NCBI RefSeq assembly: GCF_001194135.2
Contig: NC_069003.1
Coordinates: 28,547,011 to 28,611,010 of the forward strand
Direction of reading: 5' to 3'
Length of the DNA stretch: 64,000 nucleotides
DNA from: Octopus bimaculoides
Lineage: Eukaryota
A program made the position numbers and the translations under genes. Under the pieces are notes generated by a model. The model saw only the letters and a program-made list of their open reading frames with translations. It did no database searches and had not been told where the DNA came from. This document shows positions 26,851 to 40,334 of the stretch, piece after piece. Each line of letters starts with the position of its first letter. Position 1 is the stretch's first letter.

Positions 26851-29555
26851 TCACTGCTACAATAATATATTGTCTTACGCACGCGCACACACACACACAC
26901 GCGCACACACACATGTAGCAACGTAACCCCGCCCACCGCTCATATTTTAATGCTCACAATACTTAGTTGTATTAAGTGCATTGAAATACTGATCACATAT
27001 TAAGAGATTAAAGAAAAATATTAACGCATTGGTTAATACTGAGAGAAATATTTCTTCTGATTTCTTCAGATAATTAGGAACACATTTGAGATCAAACGAA
27101 ACTGTTCTTCGTTTTCGTTTCTTGCTGGGCATGAAACAATATTCAATGCATTCTCAGTGACTCAAGTTATTGCCCTGTTCTTCGTACCGTTAGCATAGGG
27201 TGAGTTGTAACCGAGAACACCTATGATTAATTATATTTCAATCTCGAAAATACCGCCTTTTTCCCTTCCAATGTGCAGGCTATCCAAAGACACTTCGTTC
27301 TACATGTCTTCGGTGGTGTTGTAATCTAAGACAAATTTGGCTTCTATTTCTAACAGGTTGAGTGGCAGATAGAGGCTGTGACATTGAGTTGAGGATAGGA
27401 ATCAGACCTTTTAGGCACACCTGTATGCTAATGCAAAATAGTAAATAGCTACCTACCTTTTCCGTCACATTGGAGGAAGTAACTAAAGCAGCAAAATAAA
27501 AAAAAAACACACACAAAGAAACAGTGGGTAGTTGTGGTAGTTGTGGTAACAGAGGCGACGGTAGGGAGTGGTGACGGCGGCGATAGTGTTGTAGATGATG
27601 GAGTAAGGTAGAGAGAAGGAGAGAGAGAAAGAGAGGTAAAGAGGGAGAAAGGGGGAGAAAAGGTAACGGTTAGAGTAAAGAGATTACAATAGTAAATGTT
27701 GGCGATGGCGGCGGTGTTAGCGTTTATACTGGAACCTCACTGAAAGGTGACATATAAAGCTAGCTTGAATTGAGGGAGAAGAGCGAAGCAACGAACACGC
27801 ACACACACACGCGGGCACATACACAAACATACACTCAAGTATGTATCGAAAGAAAACATGTCAGTGGATTAAAAAAGAAAAAAATAAGTGGGTGAGAAGT
27901 TGAGTAAGAGTGGGAGTGAAAGTAAACATGCAAGAGGAAGAGCAGAAAGTTGAGAGCGAGAGACAGAGAGATAAATTGATATGGAGATGGAGAAAGGGAG
28001 AGAAAAAATAATCCGAAACGTGGCATGGTTTGTGACGTGACTGCGTATTTATATTTTCTCTGATTCTCCTTCTTCCTGCGTTTGGTGAACGTATTTTTAG
28101 CATATTAAAAATAACGGTTATTTAAAAGTTCGCTACACGTATACCAAAATGTTCTGCATATATGTATGTATGTATATATTTATGTTTGCCAGTATGTACA
28201 TGTGTGTAAATATAACGTTCCTGGTTTTCTATAAACTTCCAACCATTTTAAGTTTTCAAAATAACCGTGGAATTTCCTGAAGTACTGCTAGTTCTTAGGA
28301 TACGAACGCGTTCTTGGATGGGAAGACACGTGAGTACTTTACGTACAGGACCACTGTCCTTTAGTCACTATCAAATTATGCAGTATATGCTGGTATTTAC
28401 TTTCTACTCTATCATTTTCTTCGGCATAAAGTCCGGCTTCTAAGTTAGAAAAGTTCTTTCAACATTCAGCGCAGGAAATGGCTGACTTGGAATTAACCAA
28501 CAACAACAACAACAACCGCTCATAACCACTATCATTAGAAACCATTTATGTCTTGTTAAAATAATAAAAAAATTTTCTAAACTTTTACTTTAATTTCAGA
28601 TATAATGACATGCAGATTAGTAAAAATAATTCTGCTCTCTTAAATTTTCCCAAAATATGAAAATCTCATTAAGTAGAACTAAATTTAACAAACGTGTTTA
28701 CATCGTCTGCAATATAATTTTATTGGCCTTAAATTTTAAATTTAATTGTATTAAATTCAGACAGCAAATGAAAACAAAATGAGAACAAAATTTTTATTAA
28801 TTCGTTTTAGTCTTTCAAGATTTTAACATCAGGCCACCATTATTTTAAAGTGAGTTTCGACACTTGGAGAAAACTACAACGGTGAGTCAGAAAGTAATAC
28901 AATTTTTATTTGCATTAAATTTTTACCGTCAAAAGTATTCATACCTTGTCTCTGTGACGGAATACCCGGTGCACGGACATGCTAACCAACCACTTGGGTT
29001 ACCCCAGAAACAGCTGTAAGGTTTCATCGTTTTGCAATCGATTAGCAAAGTACCAATTGTGCACTGGTATCGACGTAATTGACACATTCGCTCACTTTTC
29101 CCAAAATTCCAGACCTTGTGTCTGCTGTAGAAAGGATAAATTATGACTACATCCCATAGTGATTTAGCAGTGGGAGTGCATTTGAAGAAACCTGTGTTTT
29201 GGATATAGAAACTACGAAGATATTCAGAGCCACGAGTAAGTTTCACGTTAATAGTAGTAGAGTAAAATTAACACGATCTATATGAGAGGGAGGGGATGAA
29301 AGTGGAGGAATGTCGTAATATTTAGACAATCCGCACTGAACACTATTAGAAGTAATGAATGTATTACGTACGTATTAGGATGTGGAAATAACATCTAGAA
29401 AGGGCTTATTGTACTCAGTTTTTGTATTTGGTTTGCAAAATTCTTTATGTGAAATCGTGTGTTGAAACCAATTGTGTTGTGTCTAGGGAGAGTCATTATA
29501 TCAATATTAATTACACATGCACTGGCTCAATTCCACTTCTTTGTTTTTAAGATGT

Positions 29556-29760
29556 ATGGCTTGCTGGTTAGGATACTGAACTCATGATCGTAAGATTGTG
29601 GTTTCGATTCTTGGACCGGGCGACGCGTTGTGTTTTTGAGCAAAATGAGTCATCCGGTGACGGACTGATGTCCCGTCCATGTAGGGAATATATACGCCAT
29701 GAAACCGGGAAACCGGTCCTTATGAATCGGTATGACTCGAAAACGTAAACTTACCTTTTT
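29556..29760 (+). mobile_element. tRNA-derived SINE, family D (internally deleted)
   Basis: Head ATGGCTTGCTGGTTAGG...GGTTTCGATTCTTGGACCGGGCGACGCGTTGTG, joined to a distinct 3' module GACGGACTGATGTCCCGTCC...CATGAAACCGGGAAACCGG. Confidence 0.7.
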
Positions 29761-30357
29761 ACCTACTCCTTTATCATTAGTCAGTTGGTTAAATATCCAA
29801 CTGACAAATCGATTAGTTAGTAACCAATTGGCTAATAAAGGAATGAAATTGAACCAGTGTGTGTGTTAATAACATTGGCATAATGATTCTCCATAGACAC
29901 AAAAACATATTGAAAGCTACAAATAAATTACTTCGCATTTGCATCTAATAGCATAGTGTATAGTTATTTATGTAAACCAATGGTAGTTGAATTAACCTAC
30001 TTGATTAGAAAATTAGAGGAGAAAAACTCATGATAGCAAAAGGAATTATCCTTTTGCATATATATACTGCAAGCTAGAAAATGGAAACTATATTCAGAAC
30101 AAAATTAGCTTCTCTCTGGGTCTGTACTAAATACATCAAATCTCACCTGGGAAAACGTCTTCGTTTTTCAAGAACAGGAGATAACAACAATGTACCTGAT
30201 TAATAAAAGAAATAAAAATACCTTCTGTCTTATACGCTTCGATTGAAAATGTTAATTGAGCCTTACAATTAGGAAATACATCACCCAGATCTACAGCAGC
30301 TATACGAAAATGTTGGCAAGATATGATACTTCCTTGAGACAAGACAATGCTAAAACT

Positions 30358-30668
30358 GGAGCAGGCATGGCTGTATGGTTAAAAGTAGTTCGTTTTTCAC
30401 TTTGTAATCACGTGCTTTACGGTTCGGTCCGAACGCGCATTACATCGGGCAAATCACTTCTACAATAGCTCCGAGTTAACAAACGTCTCGTGAGTGAATT
30501 TAGTAGAAGGAAACTGTGTAGAAATCCATCAGGTACACGTGTATATACATAGTTTATTTTTTTACTTGTTTCAGTCATTTGATTGCGGCCATGCTGTAGC
30601 ATCGCCTTTAGTCGAACAAATCGACCCAACAACTTATTCTTTGTAAGTCTAGTCCTTATTCTATTATG
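30358..30668. mobile_element. Family A SINE head (+, 30358-30545) abutting a family A tail in the opposite orientation (-, 30553-30668)
   Basis: GCAGGCATGGCTGTATGGTTAA head, followed by TTTTACTTGTTTCAGTCATTTGATTGCGGCCATGCTG. Confidence 0.7.
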
Positions 30669-30924
30669 CTAAATTGGTGTGGAACTTAAAGCTTCAGTCT
30701 TTAAATTTTCATTTTCAACTAGAATCATAGGTGCTCTGTGCTATATAACTACATATTTGTATAAAAAGAAACAACTTGCGAACGTATGTGTATATCCATT
30801 GTTCGTGGAATGAACATATGTACACAGTTGCGTACAGGCATGTGGCATACTGACATATGCATCAACAAGAGTCATGCATCAGTTCTGTCTTAAAAAATCT
30901 TCTACACTCATTTCATGACTGCCA

Positions 30925-30968
<44 letters not shown>

Positions 30969-31240
30969 CTTCATATATTGATGCACATATTCAAAAATAT
31001 GCCTGGAACTGGTTTAACTGAAAAAAAAAAAAAAGTTTATTAGTGACAGGTTTCAAGATATGCGTACACACATGCATACACATATCACATAAAACCATAC
31101 AGTACAGATATGCATTACATACAAATATACATGTATTCAGACATATATACATAGGCACATACACGCATAAAGACATGGTTGTGTACGGTTTTGTTTGCCT
31201 ATTTTTCATCTATCTATCTCTCTATCTATCTATCTATCTC

Positions 31241-31274
<34 letters not shown>

Positions 31275-31276
<2 letters not shown>

Positions 31277-31493
31277 CTTTTATTCTTTTGTTCTTTTACT
31301 TGTTACAGTTACTTGACTGCGGCCATGCTGGAACATCACCTTTAACCGAATAAATCGACCTCAGAACTTATTCTTTGTAAGCCTAGTAGTTATTCTATCG
31401 GTCTTTTGCCGAACTAATAAGCTATGGGGATGTACATACAGCAACATCGGTTTTCAAGTGATGGTTGGAGGGGGGACAAAGACAGACACACAA

Positions 31494-31544
<51 letters not shown>

Positions 31545-31932
31545 GGTGTAAAATGGTTAAATGTCGATTCGTACTTTAATTTGGAGGTTTCCAAAAAAGA
31601 TTTCTAATGTTGATTCTTCATATTTTGCTAGTAGTTTACAGGCGTAAATTTCCAAAGATATGAAGGTAATACCTGTATATGATGGCCGTTATTAACTAAA
31701 TTGATGAGTTTTATTCTACTTCTTTCTATAAATTAACCACACATCATATATATATATATGCATTTATACGACAGGCTTCTCTCAGTTTCCATCTCCGAAA
31801 TCCACTCACAAGGATTTGGTTAGCCCGATACTATAGTAGAAGACACTCGTCCGAGGTGCCACGCAGTGGGACTGAACCTGGAACCATGTGGTTGGATTGC
31901 AAGCGACTCACTACATCGCCACTCCTGCGCCT
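31275..31932 (-). mobile_element. Family A SINE split by a ~200-bp insert in its internal microsatellite
   Basis: Tail module at 31275-31490 and head module at 31767-31932, in the same order and orientation as 19769-20162. Unrelated AT-rich DNA lies at about 31545-31746. Confidence 0.8.
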
Positions 31933-32027
31933 GCGTGTCTGTATCCATAAATATATATTTATATATGTATATATATTATGTGTATATATATATACGTAAA
32001 TATACACGCACTTATATATGTATATAT

Positions 32028-32127
<100 letters not shown>

Positions 32128-33199
32128 GTGTATATATACATGCGTAAGTAGATATATATGTTCATTTGTATATATATAACACACACATTATATATATATA
32201 GACATACATACGTACATACATATGTATGTATATATATATATATATTTCTCAGTGTGCGTGTACACATGACATGTATGTATAAAAGCAGGAGAAATTATAC
32301 GAGATTTGATTAATTAAAGAAATTATATGGTTATATGGTGACAAACCATTGATTTATATTTCTTGGTAGGACAAACTGAATCACTTGAATGCCATTAATT
32401 GATGTTCTACACTGACATGTACCGAGTTATCTATGTGTCTCTTGAGAAGACATAATCAGCAGATAATTGTCAGCCATATTATACGAACAATGCTTTTAAA
32501 CAACTATCTTACTAACTAACGTCAAACAGATATTTATATACCATTAAACATAGATTAGTTTTACCCGTCTGTAAATGGCCGGACTGCTCTGCGGCTAGCT
32601 GTAACAGAAATGTTATTAGACGCAATAAGAATAATAAAATTACACACGTACACGTAGACAAAAATATACTGATAAAAGAACACAGAAATGTGTGCACATC
32701 CATAAAGCAAGGAGGAGAGGATTTACGTAGTCATTGTGGCTCGTTCAATCAGCTAAATATTAATTAATAGCTGACATGTTTCTATTAAAATATTCCCAAC
32801 AAGTTCTAAAATAGATTACTTATTTAAGGCTAATTCGAAATGTATTAGGCAAAGATATCAAGTGTTTTTTATTTTATGGCCAGTTTCAATTATATGCCTG
32901 ATCAATCATGAATGACCTAGTGCTAAGCATCAACATCGTCAACAATAGCAGCAGAAGCAACATACCCATTTTTTTCATACAAAGTTATAGACAGATGAAT
33001 TTATGGAGGAATGAGTAGATATAGGAATGGGTATACAGAGTGATTGATCATATACTGATGAACAAATTAATAATACATATATTTGTAAGATGTGCAAAGG
33101 TTAAGCGAAATTGACGAACTTCTTGTCTAATGATATTTAAATTAATATTCTCTTGTTACTGAAATATCTTATCTTTAAGCACAGAAACGATGCAATTTG

Positions 33200-33403
33200 T
33201 AGTGATCTGCAACCACTGTGTGCGGCACACTGGCGTTCCACGGCACACTGGTGTGTCACGAGACGATGCTAGGTGTGCCGCATTGTAACCTGAATATATA
33301 TTTTTTTCCCTATACTTTTAGTTATATTTTTATTTCAGGTGTGCCGACGAATTTTGGAAATGATGTAAGTGTATCGCAAGTGAAAACAGGTTGCGGAGCA
33401 CGG
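33200..33403. mobile_element. hAT/Charlie-like MITE
   Basis: Imperfect 15-bp TIRs (TAGTGATCTGCAACC versus reverse complement CCGTGCTCCGCAACC, 11/15) and internal GTGTGC(C)G/CGGCACAC repeats typical of hAT non-autonomous elements. No 8-bp TSD is preserved. Confidence 0.6.
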
Positions 33404-33599
33404 ATTTAGATCATCAACCAAGAAGTTCTTGCAGGTTACTGTAACCACTTTTGAACTTTAGTGTCTCATTAAATTTATAGGCTGTTATAGATGTAGAAAT
33501 ACCTTACTTGATCTGTTTTCATAGCGGTATTTGAACTACCAACATAAGGTCCGGAGAATCACGTAGAGAGGATTTTTTATGTGAGTGCTTTATGAATTG

Positions 33600-33876
33600 C
33601 ATGTAATTTGAACTTGTAACCATGCATGTTAATTGAGCATATTACCACACTTATAACTAGCATAAAATATCGGTAACTCAAGCATTTTGCATCGCATGTT
33701 ATTTGTGCATATAACACTACATGTCAAATTATATGTAATTCGAAATTTGTATTGCTACATGATACCCGGAAAAGTAATACTGCGTGTAAATCGAGCAGTA
33801 GTACTGTGTACACACGTAACTCGAATCTGCAACAGCAGATGCAACTCAAGTACATGACACAACATGCAAATCGAAC
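33600..33876. repeat. Degenerate ~25-bp tandem repeat
   Basis: A GTAA(C/T/A)TCGA(A/G)-like core recurs at 33603, 33628, 33653, 33673, 33698, 33735, 33761, 33786, 33816, 33841 and 33866. Confidence 0.6.
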
Positions 33877-36639
33877 CAACGAAGCGGCTCTGCCTGGTCG
33901 CTCGATCTGCTAGATATAACAGCTAAATTTCTCTCAAATTCCCTTCGTAAAAGGACAGTTTCTTTAATGTAGTTATAGATATGAAATACCTGAGAATAAG
34001 CTGTCATGGCCATGCTAGAATGTCTTTGAAGTACGTCTGGTCAGTTAAAGCTGACTAATGTTTAAATAGCAATAAAACCAACAGCTTTATATTGCGTGAG
34101 ATGTTCTCTTGATAGGATCACATACAAGAATGTTTTTAGCATTCATTAAATGAGAAAAAATGATCACTATAGAACGATGGAGTCAACAATTCCAAGATAA
34201 TTCACACACATACTACATAACCACACAATACCCAACACGATGTTAAGACGAAGAAGAGATATTGGAAATCTGAACAGAAATGAATAAATACATAAACAAG
34301 GTAACACACGATTTGAGTTTAACTGCATTGGTGAATGTTTATAAGTTTATAACAAATAATTAAAAATATTTCAGAATCAGTGATAGATCAACTCACATAA
34401 AGAAGATAGAAAAACGAACCAAAGTAATTGTCCACACATACAAAGCTATGTTCACAAAACAAATGAAAGTAATAGAACCTTATCCACTACACGCTACAAA
34501 AGCTAGTATGGACACCTGATTGATAACCTGAGGGGAGAAAAGAATAAGCAAAACACATAAACAAAATCATTCAGAACCTTTAAAATTACAAAGCAATAAC
34601 CTATTTACTAGCAATTTACAAAACCCCGGAAGAGTGGCTATTCATTTGAAATATTAAACAGAACAGACGGCAGAATTGAATCTATAGGAGTGATAGAAAA
34701 GTTGCTGGTAAAACCTGTGATTATATATGACTATAGAAAGCGAAATACTAATCTAAACTTTATAAAGATACATCATACATTGCCTTTCTACTTTTGATTT
34801 TTTCTTATTCCTTTCTTATTTCTTAATGGCAAAAGTTGGTTATCTTCATTGATACCGCAAAAAATCAATACGTTTATTATTTAAGTTGTTGTAGCCAGTT
34901 TAGTATATAATTTCACCTGATACAGTGTATTGCTTATACTATCCATAATTCCGAAATATAGACATATCTCTCATTGCATGATGTTTAAATGGGGTGAATG
35001 GATAATTATTGACAATATTTAATTGATATCTGAATTGGGAATTTCAACAAGAACCACAAACCAGGTGAACAAAGTGACACTATTTTCTATAAACCTTAGC
35101 AATCAATCAAGAGTGATATATTTCTTTGTATCTGTTTTTGTCTATAACTTTTAATGGAGTTGGGAGACAGCGTTAGACTCTGTGTGGCTTTTATGATAGA
35201 TGAGCTAGATGGAACAGAGGTATAAAATTACATTCGTTGAAACTCGAAGATCCAGCTTGTTTAAAAGTATCAATTGTATTATTTCTGACACTGTAGCAAT
35301 AGACGCACATTTTTTGCGCATCAGTTACCCTCAGAATAGTTTTACATACCAAGAAGTTCTTCCAAATCGTAATTGTTCCACACTTCATACCGATAAGTAT
35401 AATATTCTATATGTGCATAATAATTTACTTCCAAAGTACTGTATGCTGTTTTAATTGATTGTTTCACTTTGGCATATATATGTGAAGCAACCTATTTATA
35501 TTCAAAATTGACGATAACTTAAAATAAATCTGAAATATATGCGACGGAAGTCGTCAATTAATAAATGTTAATAAGATTTAATCAATCTCAGACATAAATA
35601 TTTAGATAGGAAGCTATTCTGTTACACAGACGGATGCAGTATAATGAATTATAGCGTTTGCGATAAAATGTTATTTCGTGAAATAGAAAGCTCGCAATGA
35701 TATCGGCAATTGTTTTATAACAGCGTCAAAGTCATTTGAAACAATAACAATAGAAACGAACAACAACAATAACATTATCATCAGCATCTTGCTCACCACT
35801 ACAAAACAAACGATATCTACAACTTCTGCAACAACAAATGCAACAAAACCACGACGAAAACAACAACTATGATAAAACCAGCAACACAAATGGAATGTAA
35901 CAAATGAAAGTTTTCAACGTATTATATGTTGTGCTTCATTTTATGACTATTGATCTACTTCCTTTCCTGTCTCCTGGCCTTTGTCTGTCTCCATCTTTCT
36001 TTCTTTCTTCCTTAATTTCTTTCTCTCTCTCTCTCTGTCAGTATAATTCAGACATTCTCTCTGTTTCTGTCTCTGTTTATCTCATATATCTTTCCATCTC
36101 CCTCCCTTCTTCCTCCTCCTCACTATCTCTGTCCTTACCAGTGATAATGTTCACACTCTTTACTGTTGAAGGTAATATAACACCAACAGATTTATTATTT
36201 GATACCTGACCAGGTTTATATGATCTATTGAGTTATCTTGTGCTTCATCGAAAATCAATTAGTCTTGTAATATCAGTGCTACACAGATAAAGGGGACTAA
36301 TTAATTCTGTAAATCAACACCGAGAAAACGGAAACAGATGGAATTTATTGATGAGTCAAATTCTTTAATGAGGTATATGTAAGTTAGGTATTTACAACAA
36401 AACTTAAACTTACAGTCTCTTCTGATTGTTCAAGAAGATTTTATCGTGTAATAATTGTTTAGTCGAAGACGGAAGTGTTGTAATTAATATTCTAACTTAA
36501 TTCACCTTACATAATTGCTCAGGAGCGATTAAAAATAGATAAAGTTGTTAGTGGATGTATATGCATATTTTAAGAGTTATTGCGCTCTCATCAACACCGC
36601 ATCCAACCCAATGCAATATAACAATATTAAATGTGGTGG

Positions 36640-36845
36640 ATTCTAAATCATGCACAAGGCCAAAATGTCGAAGTAAAAAGGTTTAGTTAATTAATTCAAT
36701 TCTCGGAAAATCACGGCTGTTTTGTTCTATCGAACACGGAAGTTTGGAAGGCAATGTTGGTTTTAATGGAAATGGAACTCAGAGTATAAAGAGAGGGAAC
36801 GAATTCCGCAAAACATTTTGTTTGGTGCCTTAATGATTGTTCTAA
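36640..36845 (-). mobile_element. Decayed SINE, family C
   Basis: Contains TGCACAAGGCC...GGAACTCAGAGTATAAAG...GAATTCCGCAAAACATTT, similar to the reverse complement of 56255-56466. Confidence 0.45.
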
Positions 36846-36879
36846 TCCACCACTCATATAATTGTCATATTTAAATTTA

Positions 36880-37267
36880 TTCTTTTATTGGTTTCAGTCA
36901 TTTGACCGCGGCCATGCTGGAGCACCGCCTTTAAGTCGAACAAATCGACCCCAGGACTCTCTTTTGCCGAAGCGCTGCTGTTACGGAAACGTAAACACGC
37001 CAACATCGGTTGTCAAGCGATGGTTGGAGTGTGTGTGTGTGGGGGGGGGGGATAAACAGAGACACACAAATACACACACACAGACATACAAACACACATA
37101 TATATATATATACGACGGGATTCTTTCAGTTTCCGTCTACGAAATCCACTCTCTAGGCTTTGGTCGGCTCGATGCTCTAGTAAAAAAGACTTACCCAAAG
37201 TTCCACGCAGTGGGACTGAAGCCAGAACCATGTGGTTGGGAAGCAAGCTTCTTACCATACAGCCACT
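36880..37267 (-). mobile_element. Near full-length family A SINE
   Basis: Same tail, microsatellite and head arrangement as 19769-20162, with a short internal deletion. Confidence 0.88.
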
Positions 37268-37469
37268 ATATTTCCATAGATTTGCTATAGAATTCAGATC
37301 CAACACTGAAAGTAATCAAGTTTTGTATATGAAAATAATGCGATCAGACTTAGACAGAATAGGTAGTGGGTGTATAGACATATCTCAAGAGTTACTGCTC
37401 TTTCATCAGAGCCACATCCAACCCATCACCTATCCCTATATAGTAGTGTGTAGCATAGGTACAGGGACA

Positions 37470-37622
37470 GAAATTTGAGGTGAATTGATAGGCATTTAAA
37501 TCGACCGCTGTACTTGACATATACTTTATTTTATTGATCGCGCAAATATGAAAGGTAAAGTTGATCTCTGCAGGATTTCAGCTCAGAACATAAAAAGTGA
37601 CAACAAATACCGCAAGGCATTT
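37470..37622 (-). mobile_element. Decayed SINE, family C
   Basis: TAAATCGACC...GAAAGGTAAAGTTGATCTC...AGCTCAGAAC...AATACCGCAAGGCATTTTG. Confidence 0.5.
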
Positions 37623-38875
37623 TGTTCGTTGTTAATCCGCTGCCTTTTAATAATATCATTATTAATAAAAAGAGCACTAACTTACTCAATGGAGACAACT
37701 ATGAAATTTTAATTAATCTTACATCCGTGATGAGAAAAACACGCTGTTATCTCAATGAGCATCTCCGCTCAAGAAAAAGAGGAGGATATCCTCAGGAATT
37801 TTAATTTATTAAAATTGATTAAAAATTAATAATATCACAGCATGTCTAACAGAATTTATTATCTTCATGAAAATAAAAATCATTTTTGTTTTTATCTTTA
37901 CAAATTTGGTAATCTCCTCTAAATATTGAATGTCATTTAAATTAATTTAAGTCTTTCAATAATGGGGGCCCACTTTAGCCCTCTTTGTCACTATGAGCCT
38001 TAATAGTGTTAATGAGTTTTGTGGATATTAATCAACAATGTTTTCATTAGCAGAGGAGTTTTCAAATATCAAAGGAGAGCGTTCCTGATTTCCGGCGTTT
38101 CGAAAAATAAGCATCTATACGGTCGCCTAATCTTGCAATGGCTGCCAAATTCCCTTAAATCACATCCAGCCTTTTAAGCAAGAGGGAAAAAATCTTGATG
38201 CGTTTGTTCGAAATCCTAGAAATAGCATCCCAAATCATCTCACTCATATCACATCTTACCATCTTAAGCAAGCTCAAATTACATATAGTCCAAGATACAT
38301 TATATATGAATGAAGGTTGTGGATGCTAATAGCTGCAATGCACTTATTTATAATTTTGCTATATTAGGGACCAGGTTTGGGGGACGAAAACCATCGTAAA
38401 CAAGGATATATTGGACAATGAAGTCTCTGATATACAAAAATATAGGAAGGTGTGCTCAGACTTCCATTACTTTTAATCTAATATCTACATTGTTGTCCTG
38501 GGGCGAGGAGCTACAACACAGACAAACAGGAGCAAAACAAACAAGTAAACAATTACAACATCAGTGTCTTCAGTAGATATTAGATCACAACATTTGTTCT
38601 GCACAGTACACCAGCTTTAAAGTGGTGAGTTTATATTGAAAAGGCTTTATTTTAAAAGGACATTCTCTATAATTATTATACATTTAAATGCTGCTCACCA
38701 ACAGCCATGTGTGGGCGCTTCAGCAGAGCGGAATATTATATATGTATATATATATATATNNNNNNNNNNNNNNNNNNNNNNNNNNNNNNNNNNNNNNNNN
38801 NNNNNNNNNNNNNNNNNNNNNNNNNNNNNNNNNNNNNNNNNNNNNNNNNNNNNNNNNNNNNNNNNNNNNNNNNNN

Positions 38876-38951
<76 letters not shown>

Positions 38952-39267
38952 TTGTGCACGCACATACTTATGGTGTCTTCGGGCGATTGTCTCTAACTTT
39001 TATTATAATGCCTTTCTCTTCCCGATATTATCATGTTCCTAGACACTAGGACCTAGAGTGTTGTTGTGAATCCCGGGAATTTTAACACGCCAAACTAATG
39101 TAAGTCTTTAGGACCTAATCATTCACGAAAAGGAAATGACAAATGAATGACCCACACCGTTAATGTGACATGTATTTACACCGAGAACAAACTTCAAGAG
39201 CGGTTCGGCAAAGAAAGAATGAGAGAATAAGTTCCAGGCTTTTAAAAAAATAATCAGTATTTGGGTC

Positions 39268-39357
39268 GATTCATTCCACTAAAAAATCCTTCAAGTCGGT
39301 GTCCCAGCATGGCCGCAGCCTAATGATTAAAACAAGTAAGACGTAGAAGATAAAAGA
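39268..39357 (+). mobile_element. Family A SINE 3' tail fragment
   Basis: GGGTCGATTCATTCCACT...GGTGTCCCAGCATGGCCGCAGCCTAATGATTAAAACAAGTAA. Confidence 0.7.
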
Positions 39358-40334
39358 TATTCCAATATCAGTTTCCCTAAATTATTGTTCGTGTTGTTAT
39401 TATTTAGCTTTCCGGTCACTCCTCATTGTCCTGTTTTTGTTTTGTCTTTGTTTTTACAAGCATCTTGTATAATGCTAGATTGGTTGGCGAACGCAGTGTT
39501 AAATATTTTAGATTTTAAAAACTCTACCCTATGATTTGATGGCAATTTGGCTGCTCTTTCTAGTAGATCAAGTGGTCTTACGTAAGTCTTTATCGAAGAA
39601 ACGTTATGAGTGTTAAATGACTTGAATATTGAATACTCTAGCAATTGTAAACCTAAACAATAGCATAAAGGCTTTTGTCTCACAGTAAAATTTTCTATAC
39701 GCATTGCATTCTGAGAGGCATTACCGCCTTAGTTGTTCAATAAATCTTCATTTCAAAGAATTTAGCGGATTCTGATCTTTGTTGATGTGCAAACGCTATA
39801 AATGTATCAAAATACAATTGAATATATTTATATTATTCCGAATTGAATTTCCCAAGGTCTATACTCTCTAAGAAAGCTGCTATCTTTGAACGAATTGGCC
39901 ATCCGTTAGTTCTTAAATGCAAAATCCCAGGAAATTCAATGGAACAAACAACTGCTTATCAGTTGAAAGTTTTACTGTTGGAAAATGCATTTTTAGTTTT
40001 GGCAAATATCACTTAATCGAATTCCAGTTTTCAAAAGTATTTCTAATGAAATGATTATACGTTTATAACTTAAGTAACTATATGATTAAACATATATAAT
40101 GACTCATATTTATATGTGGGTTTCTGAAGTGTGTATTAAAGCTGCAGAATTTGTTTAATTTTTTTTAAAAACTCATGTGGGATCGCCTACGTATGTATTC
40201 CATGTAGCCATAAGTAAATAACGTAAAACTATGTTGCTGGGGTTTCAGTCATAAGAGATCTAAACTCCTGTAACATTCATTGCTGCCTTCAAGTTGTATC
40301 AGTGCATAAATATATAAATGCCTTATTCTGACCT

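Noticed and set aside
33600-33876. CRISPR-like repeat-spacer appearance
   Set aside because: The context is eukaryotic, the core is only ~10 bp and degenerate, the period is too short, and there are no cas genes.
35209-35454. 81-aa ORF starting MEQRYKITF, superficially like a mariner N-terminus
   Set aside because: No further HTH or transposase motifs, and no TIR.
39423-39704. 93-aa non-repetitive minus-strand ORF, and an overlapping plus-strand AG...GTAAGT exon-like segment (39461-39581)
   Set aside because: No recognisable motif, and ORFs of this length are expected by chance. The plus-strand segment has stops in all three frames, so it could only be non-coding.
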